The notes beneath the pieces are model-generated. The model worked only from the letters and a program-made list of their open reading frames with translations, made no database searches and was not told the DNA's origin. From Psammoneis japonica (taxonomy: Eukaryota): a DNA stretch of 64,000 bases. This document shows, in pieces, positions 36,801-46,918 of this stretch (positions within the stretch are counted from its first letter, which is position 1; each line of letters begins with the position of its first letter). The position numbers and the translations under genes are program-made. The stretch lies in the NCBI GenBank assembly GCA_008632985.1, contig QPGO01000034.1, positions 325,311 through 389,310 on the forward strand. Reading direction: 5' to 3'.

Positions 36801-39475
36801 GTGCCAACAAACAGTTGGGCGCTGGTGCAACCAGAGTCGACGGCCGGGGTGTCGGCACAAACGGTGTCAGTGGCGATGGGCTCGTTGCGACGGTGCACAT
36901 TAAGGGCGGGGTTGGGTGATTTGAAGGCCTTGCGAAGGTGTGCACCGGCGGGCATGCGGGCGCACTGCGTGGTGCAGTCAAAAGTACGACGGACCGCATC
37001 GGCAGGCAGGAAGCCAAAGTGAGGCCGAAGAGACTCGAAGGGGGGGTCCTTGGGCTGCACAGTGCGCTCCGGAGGTGGAACGTCATCGCCCTTGGGGTCA
37101 ATCGCATGCAGATGACACTCGTAGAACACGTCGTCGTTCGGAATGAGGTGATCATCGAGGGCGGACGCGTGATCGGCAGACAAGGAAGCGGACAAGATGG
37201 TCTCGTTGACAACGACACGGTGACGGCAGTTGCCGCATTCATCAAACAGGTTGGCAGTGGGATCGTCCTGTTTGTCAGAGATCGCGTCGCACCACTGGTC
37301 ATCGTCAGTGACAGAGTGATCGAGGACGGAAGGGTCCCATGTGTCATCACCGGTGAGGATGACGTGGGGCAGGGTGTCCCATTCGGCGTCAGTGTAAGGT
37401 CGCATGGCAACACAAGGCAGGCCAGCCTTGATGTCAATGGGGATGACACAGCCATCAGGAGTGGCAATGCGTTGCAAACCGTTGGGCACCTTGACAGAGC
37501 GATCGTTGACATCCTGTTTGCACCATTCGAGCTGGCCGCAGGAATGGATGGTCTTGCCCTTTCCCGTGCATGCGCACTGATGGAGGATGGCGATGACGGG
37601 ACCACGCTGGGTCTCAATGACGGCACCAGCGGTGACAATGGGGATGTCCACCAATTGATGATCGTCAATGCCCTGAACGTCGACTTGGCGAGAGGTGCGT
37701 GCGATGACGCGGACGTCGTCGCCAGCAATGCCGCCGTTGGCCCCACGATCGACTAGAGCGCCAGTGCGTGTGGAGCGATGAGCAGAGGCAGAGCAAATGA
37801 CATTGTGGTTGTCAACGCGGCGGCAAGTGCGGCCGTTAAGTTCCATGTCATCTGCAGAAGCTGGCGGGGTAGAGGAAGCGGCGGATGGCCCCGGTCGACT
37901 GGCATTGGGGGCTTGGTTAGGAGACAACAGACGTTGCAGATCACCGGGTGGCAGTGGCTTGCGCTTGGTGAGGTGCGCCAGGACAGGATTGTCCGAAATG
38001 GCGTCCACATGTGCAGCGGAGTCACCACAGTCAGCAGGAGTCGTGTTGGACAAGTTGACATCACCGTCACTCCCAAGGTGTTGGTCGTGAAGGTTGGCCG
38101 TAACAGACTCATGGCAGTTGCTGGCTCGCGGGTTGCGGGGAGGCGGACGAGAGTGCTCAAGGATGATTGCCTTGGAGGAATCGGGCAACAAATCCCAGAG
38201 CCGTTGGTGGTCGGGAGGGAGACGTCTCCATTGGACACCGGTGAGGCTGGGACCACGGGTGCAGGCAGCATTGGCTTGAAGGACGTCAACGTCGCTGTCA
38301 ATGTCGTAGAACACATCGTTGGACGGTTCCTCGGAGCAGACGTCGTGTGCGCACATGGCGCGTCGGGGAGCTCGAGGTGTCGTCTTGGGTTGAAATGTGC
38401 TGTCGCACTGAGCTGCCGCGGAGAGGAGCAAGCCACAGCATTGATCGCATGTGAGGCTCTTGCCACTCTGCGTACGATGCTGATCAGCTTGGTTCTTGAC
38501 AGCACGGAGTTCCTCGACAGGGTGCACGGCATTCTCGAGCATGACGCGCTTCTGTCCTTCAGAGAAGTGGTCGCTGGCGGGGATGAGTGCCTCGCACTTG
38601 CGCAACTGATCTTGCCAATGAAGGATGAACCCGTGGGTCGGACCTTTCCAAGTGCCATCACCAAGACGTGCGGTGGTGAGGTGCGTGAGCAGGGTGGAGG
38701 ACTCGATGGATGCACGGGTGGAGGCAAGCGCGCATTCAGACAAGGAGCGGTGGACGGTCTGTGCGCCAGAGGACCCCACATTTTCGCGAATGAGAGCCTT
38801 GCCCTTGTCGGTGAGAAGGATGCGTTCGAAGACGGCGAACATGCACTTTTGCTGTTCAGCAAAGAGCAGTTTGTCTTCGGGGCTGGTCGGTTTGTACGAC
38901 GAGTCTAGAATGCACTCGACGTCTTGGGCACGGGCTTGTGCCACAAGTGAGGTGTGCCAAGTGTGCCACTGCTTGTCGGATTTGAGAGCCGTGAAAGCGG
39001 TGGGATCACGCTTGATGCCTCGCTTGAAGTCTCGCACCGGGTCGCGTGCCTTGGTCAGGTTGGTGACATGTGGAGGTGCAAGGGGTGAGCTGCCGATGGA
39101 CAGAGAGGACATGCAGTCCGGGCTGAGGCGGTGGGCAAGGAACTCGTCATGCGCGAACAAAGAGGAGTCATTGGCAACGTCAAGACCTTTGTGTGCTTTG
39201 ACAATGTACAGGCTAACTGGTGCTGCTAACATGTTCTCATAACCACGGGGCAAAGGGATTACATTGGTGCCGTTGTCGCACTCAAGCGAGTCGATTTGGG
39301 ACGGCATGAACGTGAACAGTTCCTGACACGAGTCCGTGCCGTCTTGGGCCAAAGCCAAACGAAGAGGACTCCCAGCACCTTGGGCAAGCACGGTTCCAAC
39401 AACGTGCTCGAAACCATCGGTTTGTTGCTGACGAGTGAGAACCATGGCAGACAAAAGTGGTGTCAGGACAATCAA
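33776..39475 (-). CDS. Copia gag-pol polyprotein, open but heavily missense-mutated
   Basis: PR ALVDRGANGG; IN ATDT..GDRAQVE..QNFAERR; RT KHDGRHKARLVADG, KALYGL, AVYVDD; RH VDANL, ETATCGSE, GDNKSV, NPADILSK. Confidence 0.93.
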   Translation of the reverse strand: MIVLTPLLSAMVLTRQQQTDGFEHVVGTVLAQGAGSPLRLALAQDGTDSCQELFTFMPSQIDSLECDNGTNVIPLPRGYENMLAAPVSLYIVKAHKGLDVANDSSLFAHDEFLAHRLSPDCMSSLSIGSSPLAPPHVTNLTKARDPVRDFKRGIKRDPTAFTALKSDKQWHTWHTSLVAQARAQDVECILDSSYKPTSPEDKLLFAEQQKCMFAVFERILLTDKGKALIRENVGSSGAQTVHRSLSECALASTRASIESSTLLTHLTTARLGDGTWKGPTHGFILHWQDQLRKCEALIPASDHFSEGQKRVMLENAVHPVEELRAVKNQADQHRTQSGKSLTCDQCCGLLLSAAAQCDSTFQPKTTPRAPRRAMCAHDVCSEEPSNDVFYDIDSDVDVLQANAACTRGPSLTGVQWRRLPPDHQRLWDLLPDSSKAIILEHSRPPPRNPRASNCHESVTANLHDQHLGSDGDVNLSNTTPADCGDSAAHVDAISDNPVLAHLTKRKPLPPGDLQRLLSPNQAPNASRPGPSAASSTPPASADDMELNGRTCRRVDNHNVICSASAHRSTRTGALVDRGANGGIAGDDVRVIARTSRQVDVQGIDDHQLVDIPIVTAGAVIETQRGPVIAILHQCACTGKGKTIHSCGQLEWCKQDVNDRSVKVPNGLQRIATPDGCVIPIDIKAGLPCVAMRPYTDAEWDTLPHVILTGDDTWDPSVLDHSVTDDDQWCDAISDKQDDPTANLFDECGNCRHRVVVNETILSASLSADHASALDDHLIPNDDVFYECHLHAIDPKGDDVPPPERTVQPKDPPFESLRPHFGFLPADAVRRTFDCTTQCARMPAGAHLRKAFKSPNPALNVHRRNEPIATDTVCADTPAVDSGCTSAQLFVGTESTVTDVCGTETDKEFVNTLEDQIRERGAPSKLIGDRAQVEISNKVLGILRALFISSWQSEPHQQHQNFAERRHQTVKRMANTVMDRFGSPAHTWLLALMHVCFMLNHAASPRLHWRTPLETLTGSTPDISPLLRFHWWEPVHFHLDDSDWPSESRELRGRFVGIAEHVGHQMTFKILSDETQKILCRSNVRSATPDPAVRNLRLDPPDGEPPEPIIKSRHDDNPVDSPDGEIRTPKMPVFDLQDIIGRTFLMQPQEDGQRHRARIVKAVEDHEWKVNGNPELTKFVCSVNNDECEEVLAHNDIMNHIEQEDEDTTIWKFRRIVSHEGPLKPHDPTWKGSSYNIMLEWESGEITSEPLAIIAKDDPVTCAIYARENGLLDTDGWKRFRTIARRQKKLFRMANQAKLCSFRTAPRHKCGYEVPRNYKHAMSPDERNGNRKWGDATNLEMDQLDEYEVFHDCGPFKSSTPPAGHKKIRVHLVCDVKHDGRHKARLVADGHLTDVPVDSVYSGAVSLRGLRLMIFLAELNKLETWATDIGNACLEATTKEKLYIVAGPEFGKLKGHILVIHKALYGLRSSGLRWHECFADCLRAEGFFPCRAEPDIWMRRNGDHCEHIAVYVDDLAIAMKDPQSFVDTLTEKHKFKLKGAGPIEFHLGCDFSRDPDGTLCLSPRKYIERMVDSYARLFGEKPATNALSPLEKGDHPELDTSELLGPDGIHKFQSLVGSLQWAVSLGRIDITTAVMSLSSFRAAPRQGHLDRAKRVCGCLSKMRHGALRVRTEEPDHSDLPAPAYEWMHSVYGEAEEMIPKDAPPPLGKFVTATHCVDANLHHCMLTGRSVMGMLHFLNKFPADWFSKKQATVETATCGSEFVAARNCVEQIVDLRITLRCLGVPIRNVSYMFGDNKSVVDSATIPHSKLHKQHTALSFHRVREAIASGCLELHFIEGSRNPADILSKHWGCSPIWDLLRPLMFWNFIPSEVESVSVAPQANWGVTGFEQDLDAREASRAV

Positions 39476-40387
39476 TTCTGGTTGGGAAGCGAAGGCAGAC
39501 TCGAAACTTGGGTGAGAATGGACTTGACTTGAAATGGACTTGACTTGAAATCTTGAACTGTCTTAAAATCAGAAGTCGCCGGGCTTTGTTGTCCCGTTCG
39601 TTGTTGGGTGCTAAACTTCCTGTCCGGACCGCAGAGTTGTGCCAGCACGTCCGAACCCGCAGCCAGCGGCGCTTTGGGTTGCTTGCGAGCGGAGCAGCGG
39701 GTTGTAAACCCCTGCAGGCAAGCTGACTAGAGGTGGACAAGACCCCCGAACCGTTCTTGTTTTACATCGGTTGGATTTCCCGATCAGGCTGGCCAGTTGA
39801 CGCAGGCGTCAGGCGCTGTGGACGAACGAACAAACGCGGGAAAGCACCCTCGCCCCAACGCAGGCTGCAATCACGGCTGCTTGCTCTCACAGTCGTCCTC
39901 GTGGACCTGGCAGAACTGCAGAGCACCAGCAGTCCGGGGCAGATCAGGTGCAATGGACTCGGTGTGCTTGCAGAGTGGCAGCAAAACCGCAGTCCGAAGA
40001 GTGGATAAAGGTTCTTGGCCGTGAAGACATGCATGTGTGTGTGCATGTCTTCAGCGACTAAGATCCTTGAACATGTGGGGTTCTTGACCGTTGACCGAGG
40101 AATGGGCATGTCAAGGGATGTTGATCAAGGATAGACTTGGATATGACCGTTGAACATAAGTCTTCAGCGATCAAAGGTGGCACAATCAATCCAGATATCC
40201 AGCGGTAAGGAGACTTGACGGTGACGTTAACTTCCTGCCGATGCCCTGGCCATTGAATGCGCGTAGACTTGCCGATGTATGTAGAACATATACGGAGGTC
40301 CACGTAGAATTGAAATAGCGTCGTTGGCAAATCAACGACGACGATGGCGGTTGCTCAATGGGTTGACAATGAGCAAGACTGTTAATC

Positions 40388-40663
40388 TGACAGAAATTGA
40401 AGGCAAATGGCAAGAATTCAAACAATGACTCCTTACTGCTGTCTAAATGGCAGATGAGTCTCCGCTCAGAGACCGTCACAGGAGCCGAAAGACGTGCAAG
40501 TCGGCATAATCGGGCCACTGTTGTCATTCTTGTGAGCCTTGTGGCTCGAAAGCAAACTACATCGCGCGTGAACGCGCGGAACTAAAGCACACAAAACTGT
40601 GCGCGGTAAACTAAACAGCGCGCGATGCTTCGCGCGCATCCAAATCCTGTTCAAATCCTGTCA
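40388..40663 (-). repeat. 5' LTR of the Copia element
   Basis: TGACAG...CTGTCA termini; direct repeat of 33553-33828. Confidence 0.95.
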
Positions 40664-43600
40664 TGCACGGCATCCTCAGCGGTTTGTCCCCAGATGGGAT
40701 TGCCAGGGGGTGCAAGTTCTCCAATGTGGCATCAGTGGAGGAAGACTTGGAAGAAGACAACTGGATCTTTGATGTCTTTGAGGAGTGGGTTGATGGCCAA
40801 AGTGGTGCAGAAGTTGCGCCACTTGCCCCAATGGGTGTTGGTGGCAGAGGCTCTTGAAGAGGTGATGCCGAGTTGCACAGCATGTTGAGCAGTGTGGAGG
40901 TCATGAAGGAATGCAGTTCTGGTGGTGGCATGCAAAGACGCCAGGAGAGTGCATGTGGACAACACAACATGTCAAAGTGGGACAAAAACTCACGGTTGGA
41001 GAGATGCTGCAGATGAGAGGCATCATCGGCAGCGGTGTTCAGGTGACCAGGCCAGCAGCTGTGGAGGCCAACATGGTGGTGACAGCATTGGTGCAGTGCT
41101 TGGAACTGGAGGAGTTTGGTGGTGGGCTTGATCATTGTGGTGGAACCCTTGTGTTGCCAGTGCATGGTGCAGGAGTTGTTGGTGCATGACAGGTTGGTGC
41201 GCTCCTGAAGGTCAAAACAGTCTGAGGCACAGTGGGGCTGGGTGACACTGCCGGCAAGTTCCAGGTCTGTGTTGGCAATGGGGCCATGTGGGTTGGAGCA
41301 TGTGGATGGGCGGTTTGTCGCTGCCTTTGGAAAGGGGAGTTGCCACACTGTGGGACCCGCGTTGTGTTGGCGGTGGCCCCTGCCATTGCCAAATTGGAGA
41401 GTGGCAGTGCGCGGTGCAGTGGCGGCTGTGGGGAGGAGGACACCTCTGGCACCGTGGCTGGCTGCATCATGGCAGCCAGCAAGAGTGGGCTGCAATGGAG
41501 CCAACTCTTGGTGGAGTTTCAAGTGTGGATTTGAGCTCTTGAAAATCGTCAAGTGCGGCATGTGCACCAGTGACAATTTGGACCCATGAGTCCGGAGTGG
41601 TGTGTCGGAGATTTTCTTGCAGCTCTGAGCAGAGACCCCGAGAGCCAGGAACAGCAATTCCTGGCAAAACCAGAGCTCCCCAAGAAGCTTGTGATGCTCT
41701 GTGACGGTGGCCCGTTTGTGGGTGTGGGGAAAATCCTGGTGCAGCACAGTGTGGAGTCTTGCTCAGCATTGTGCCATGAGGCAAATGGTCATGGAATGGG
41801 CATCAATGAGCCAGCCAAGAACTTCTTTCTCTGCAGACCAAGTTGCATCACCCTGTTTGAGCTTTTTGATGGAGACAGGCTCTTTGCGGGTGGGAGCATC
41901 TTGTGTGTTGAGTGGTCGGAAAACATCATCAAGGGCCCAAAGGATTGTACGATGTGCTTTGCGACGGGCACATTTTGATCCTTGTGCAGCCCCAATGAAA
42001 TCATCAGCACAGTTCAATGCATTGGAGGAGGCGGCGGCGTGCATGGTTGAGATGCGGGTCAGGCACAGATGGCAGTGGAATGGCATCTTGAGTGCATGGC
42101 CGTGGTGGTTGGTGCTTTGGTGGGCAGCTGTCCAAAAGGTGTTCGAGTGGGAGAGGTGGTGCTTGAACATTGCAGAGGAGGTCCTGACTGGCAAGATCTG
42201 CAACAGTTTCTGCTGCTGTGCAGAAAAGTGGGGGTGAATTCGCCCAACCCATTGGCAGTTGGATTGGAAGGGCGACAAGTGGTGGTTCCCCAGGCAAGTT
42301 GGGAAACACGACACCCAACAGTGGCACTCCATTGGGTGCCAGTTGCGTGTGATGGTGGCCATTGGCTAGATCTGTCTTCATGATGTAGACCTTGCCCTTC
42401 CTTGGGTCTGCAAGGAGGATCCGGTGTTGAAGGCGGTCAAAGGCCCATCCAAACTGCATGGACTTGACGGCTGTGTTGGGCTGTGTGGCAGGGTTAAGAC
42501 CACAGAAGGTGTGGCTGACAACAGGCCTGGGTTGGCGGCCATGTTGTGGGACAACACCAACAGGACTGAGAAGCAATGTCGGGTTGTTGTGCACTTTGGC
42601 ACATGGGACCACAATCCAGAAGCCTTTGTCAACCATGTCGGCCATGTCATCTGGTGGGATCTCAACATGCTGGCAGGCAGATTTGTGAGGTCCCCCATTG
42701 ACACTGGCATCTGGCTCAGCTGATGTCCAGGGCACGTCTGCCACAGTGACGGGCGTGCCCCTGTGCTTGCAGGCGCACAGCAGGCGGTGTGCTGGATGGC
42801 ATTGTGTGTTGTTGTGTGGCTGGCCCCAATCACCTCGACCGCTGCACAAACGCAGCAAGCAGCTGAGTCCTTGGTGATGCAAACAGCAGCATCATTGGAA
42901 ATGTGCTCACCCAGTTTGTCACTGTGAATGGTGGCAGTGACATCCTGTCCACGAGCAGTGGGGCAGGTGCTCTGCCTCTTGAAACTCTCTGCAGTCGGGG
43001 GTTGTGGATGCAACAGTGCTGGAGCTTTTGCTGGGAGAGGCTCTTGGCACCAAGTCCCTGCACTTGGACCATTGCCAAAGACCCATTTGGTCTTCCAGTT
43101 TTCCTCCCCCCAGGCCAAAAAGCATGCCTGTTCCACCTCGGTGTGGTTGTTGTGGTGATCATGGCTTGCACCGCAGTTGGTGTTGCACTGGCCTTTGATG
43201 TGGTGTGGGTTGCAGTGCACGCGGCCTTGATCATCTTTGGGGAGGTCAATCCCTTTGCGGGCACAGTGTTGCTTGACTTCACGGGATCACACATTGGGGC
43301 GGTCATGCAGTGGGGCAAAGCACTCAGGTGCAGGCGGTGGAGTTGGGAGATTGGGAGCGAACGCTGCTTGCGAGATGGGTTGGGCTGGTTGCATTGATGC
43401 AAGCAGACTCCAGTGCCAATGCAGGGTGCCTTTTGCTGCTTCTAAGACAATGCCAAGAGGTGTGAAGGGGACCGGCTGGTCGCTGGTTGCCTGCGTCTTG
43501 AGCCAGTGTCAGATCTCCACCTGCACACAGCATTGAAAATTGGCTGGCAGCGTGGGATGGTGCAAGCACTGGATGGCAAGCTCATTCATGTGTCTGTCCA

Positions 43601-44329
43601 CATCCATGCACTGTCAAGTCAACCACTGCAGGATGGGATGGTTGATGCCAAGTGCAGCAGAGAACACGAGCCGGCAGCCATCATGAGATTGCTGGGTGGC
43701 CTGCATGGTGGTCGCAACGAGAGCTTTGTCTGGTGCATCCAGCAGTTTGGCATCCTGCAGCCACAAGACTCTGGCACCCCCGTGAATTTGAGCACACATG
43801 GAGTTGCGACAGGTGATTTGCTCAGCACATTCCGGCATGGCAAGTCCAAACATGAAGGGGTCAATGCCTTGTGTGGGCTCGTCTGTGGCATCCACGAACT
43901 CGGCCAGAGCAAACTGTCCTCTTGTGAGGTCACCAACTGTGGTGCAGGTGTGGCCATCCCACGGCTCGGCAGGACCCACCAATGTTGCAGGACATGTCAA
44001 CACTTGATGGAGGGCTTGAATTTGGCCCTCACCAGCTGCATCATTGGCTTGACAGTGTGCATGACAATGGCCATGGGCTGGTTGTGGCTTGACGCAGCTG
44101 CAACACAAGCATGCAGGGTGCCCGGGTTGTGCTGCAACTGGCCCTGAACTGGCACGGCAAAATCCAACATGGCTTCACCACAATTGCCTTGGTGGGGGTC
44201 CTTCGCTGCTGCATGACAGCAGTCCTGATGTGTCTGAATGACCGGTGGTGCCACTGGGGCAGCGGCTCCTGCTGGTGGAGGTGGAACATCTGGGACGCCA
44301 ACAATCTGGGTCTGACCGTCTGCCACAAT

Positions 44330-45760
44330 CTGGGTGTTTCTTGACTTTGATGCCAGATCATTGTCAACTTGTGAGCCAATTCTCTCCTTAAATGTGACAC
44401 AAGAACCCCAATTGACATTTGCGGTTTCTCGTTCTTTCAACACAAATGTTGCCACTTGTGATCCACCCTCCTTTTCCACCAACTTGTCCTGCATTTTATC
44501 TCTTTGCCATGTCATTTTCAAATCCAAGTTCCCAATTGCCACACGTTCTTGCATCTGAACCGCATTGCAGAATGTTTTTTTTTATTTTCACTCATCCAGA
44601 TTTCATTGTTTGTTTCAAATTGCGTTTGCACACCAGTTTGGTTGGTGGCCATTGCGGCATTTGCCACCACTCTCCGTTGCCTGCAGCCACCACCTGCAAT
44701 GGCAGGTCCTCTCCCATCGGCGCCGCCCATCCTCCCTCTCTCTCCTTTCTTTTTTCCTCTCTTTTGCATTTCTTGTTTTCCTCCTGAGACAAGTTCATCT
44801 TCTCTTGCCTTCTCTCCTTGAACCATGCACAGAATCCCTGGCTGTTCTCTCTGTCTTTCACCACCCACTGACACAGATCACTGCACTTCTTGATCCCCTC
44901 CTTGCTCCATCCTTGGCTCCTCTTTGCCAATTCCCCCGCCGCCTGCGCTGTGCACTTTGCAGGAGCAGCATCTTTCACAGTTGGCTTTCTTCTCCTTGCA
45001 ACATTTTCTTCCTTTTCCAATTTCTCTGCCGTGTCCTTCACCTTGTTGCAGCAGCTCAAGTGCGCTGGCAGAGCAAACACCTTTGATGAAACAGAAAGCC
45101 ACTCCTGAAGCGTGTCGGCTGTGCTTCCACCAAACTGCGCTTGTCCCACCACCGTTGGCACCACAGTTTCCAAGAACCACGCGTGTGTGTCCTTGTCATT
45201 TCTCCCCTTTATCAAATCTTTGCAATCCACCAGCGATTCCTCTAAAGCAGCAACTGCACAGACAAAAGCAAAGGAAGCAACACTCATCCCGTCAGACAAT
45301 CGCCTCCAACACAATCAATGGCATGCACACATCTGCTTGCCTGTCATTCTCCTCCTGATGTTGTCCTGCACATTGTTCCTCTTTTGGTTGAGTTTGGTCC
45401 TGAACACCTCTTTGCATTCTTCCCAGAACGCCTCCGGTGAAGACGCCATGCTCCTCAACTCCTGCAGAACCAATTTCATGCAATCTCCTCCTGCGGCAAG
45501 CTCATGATTGAAGATTGTGAACTTGCGACATGGCCAAACACTCTCACTGATGACCTTTGTCAACATCGATGCCATCAATTTCTCGCCCACTGCTGGCGCA
45601 TGATCCAACACAAGACATCCCTCTGTGGGAGTCACTGCCGAACTTGAATCCCCACCTGCGCACTGGAATCTGTTCAATCCCCCATGTTCGTTTCTTTGTG
45701 CATGCAACAAGGCCGCCACCACAGGACTCATGGTGACTTCATGTGACACCACACAGACAA
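44330..45760 (-). pseudogene. Degenerate transposon-associated ORF of unknown family
   Basis: FWEECKEVFRTKLNQKRNN, WFLETVVPTVVG, LSVSSKVFAL, GWSKEGIKKCSDLCQWVVKDR look like a decayed protein. Tyr-free; family not established. Confidence 0.45.
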
Positions 45761-46712
45761 ACCCAATTCTGTCAGTTCATCAGCAACTCTTTGTCATGTC
45801 CTTTCTCAACCTCACTTGCCGCTGGAAGTCACACTTCCTCCCTCCGTTGCTCCTGTGAGAACTGCATCCTCCATCTTTTTTACCTCCCCAATGGCTTCCT
45901 CTTATTTGGAACTTCTGTCCTTTCCTGTCACTTTGTGAAAGGTGAGTTGCAAAATGAACGCACTTTGCATGTGATTTTCTCGTTTTTGTCGTTGCTCGTG
46001 TGTCCTCTCTCGATTCAAACAGGTCTTTGCATCATTTTTGAGTGCTCATTCCCAACCCCATGTTTGAATTTCTATCAACGTTCCACTGTTTTGAATTGTG
46101 CACCTTTTTTTGCCAATCCAACACACCAATGAAGATTGCAACATCATTTGAATCAATGTCAAACAATGTGTTGCATCTCCTCATGTCAAGGCATGCATTG
46201 CGCCTGCTTCCTGATGCAACATCTGTTTCATTTGGTTTGTCAAGTCGTGTCAAACCTCCCATTTGTTCACACAAATCCATGTCGCTCATTGTCTCATGTT
46301 AATTTGTCCCTGTCTCAATGGGTCATTCTCTCTGCTTCCCCGATGCCATGTCTCTCCAACTGCTCTCTCTGTTGCCCAAATTATCCAATCTACTTTCAAT
46401 GGCTGCCAAAGGGTGTCATTGTCACCAAGATGTGGTTGTTGTGAGTCGTTCCCATTGTGGGAATGCGCGTTCCCTCCGCTGCAATCATGTGCTGCCAATT
46501 GATGATCAAATTGGTCGTTTTGCTGGTGGTGGTGTGGAATCACACAGTGGCGCGGCAAGCTTTGCCTTCTTCACCGAGGTCATTTGTAACCCCGCTCTCC
46601 TTGAGGCCCAAATTCGAAGCCCTTTTAATTTCCTCGACGTTGGTGGTGGTGTTGGCGGTTTTGCGATTGCCTGTCGTTTGCTTGTTCCTGCCTGCAATGC
46701 CTGCAGCATTGA

Positions 46713-46918
46713 GCTCCACCACCCCTGTCATGACTTGGGCTCTCAGTGGTGCAATGCCATCTGGCATGACCACACCAGTTGCTGTCCCACCCTGATCAAT
46801 CAGGACTTCCTCTCTGCTCCACCACCCCTGTCATGACTTGGGCTCTCAGCGGTGCAATGCCATCTAGCATGACCACACCAGTCACTGTCCCACCCTGATT
46901 AATCAGGACTTCCTCTCT
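46713..46918. repeat. 103-bp tandem duplication
   Basis: gctccaccacccctgtcatgacttggg...aatcaggacttcctctct occurs twice, with four differing sites. Confidence 0.92.

Larger units (their letters stand above)
33553..40663 (-). mobile_element. Full-length Ty1/Copia LTR retrotransposon (CoDi-type)
   Basis: 276-bp TG..CA LTRs, 5-bp TSD TGCAC (33548-33552 and 40664-40668), short GGGGAG polypurine tract, single gag-PR-IN-RT-RH ORF. Confidence 0.97.
31100..44330 (-). mobile_element. Degenerate tyrosine-recombinase retrotransposon (DIRS/Ngaro-like): gag-like, RT, RNase H, YR; interrupted by two younger insertions
   Basis: RT: SMQFG, MKTDLANG, LPMGWANSPPLFC, CADDFIG, KKLKQGD..VLGWLID. RNase H: CHDAA, NTDLELAG, NTAADDAS. 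YR: VGQTFAAMGAPDPR, KKQDPPP..VKPVP, FFSLCPGE, AAGAMALL..WRSDEMLRCLH. Zn-knuckle-like HHIKGQCNTNCGASHDH. Ends approximate. Confidence 0.85.

Noticed and set aside
33776..39475. ADAR-type RNA editing or RT error, or an alternative genetic code
   Set aside because: Both A>G and T>C occur on one strand, the LTRs diverged after insertion, DNA elements and non-coding DNA are affected, and host genes use Tyr normally.
33553..40663. CpG methylation decay or fungal-type RIP as the explanation for the TG/CA excess
   Set aside because: CpGs are retained in the Copia, TA-vs-TG and TA-vs-CA pairs are seen directly, Tyr-to-Cys/His cannot come from CpG, and RIP would increase TpA.
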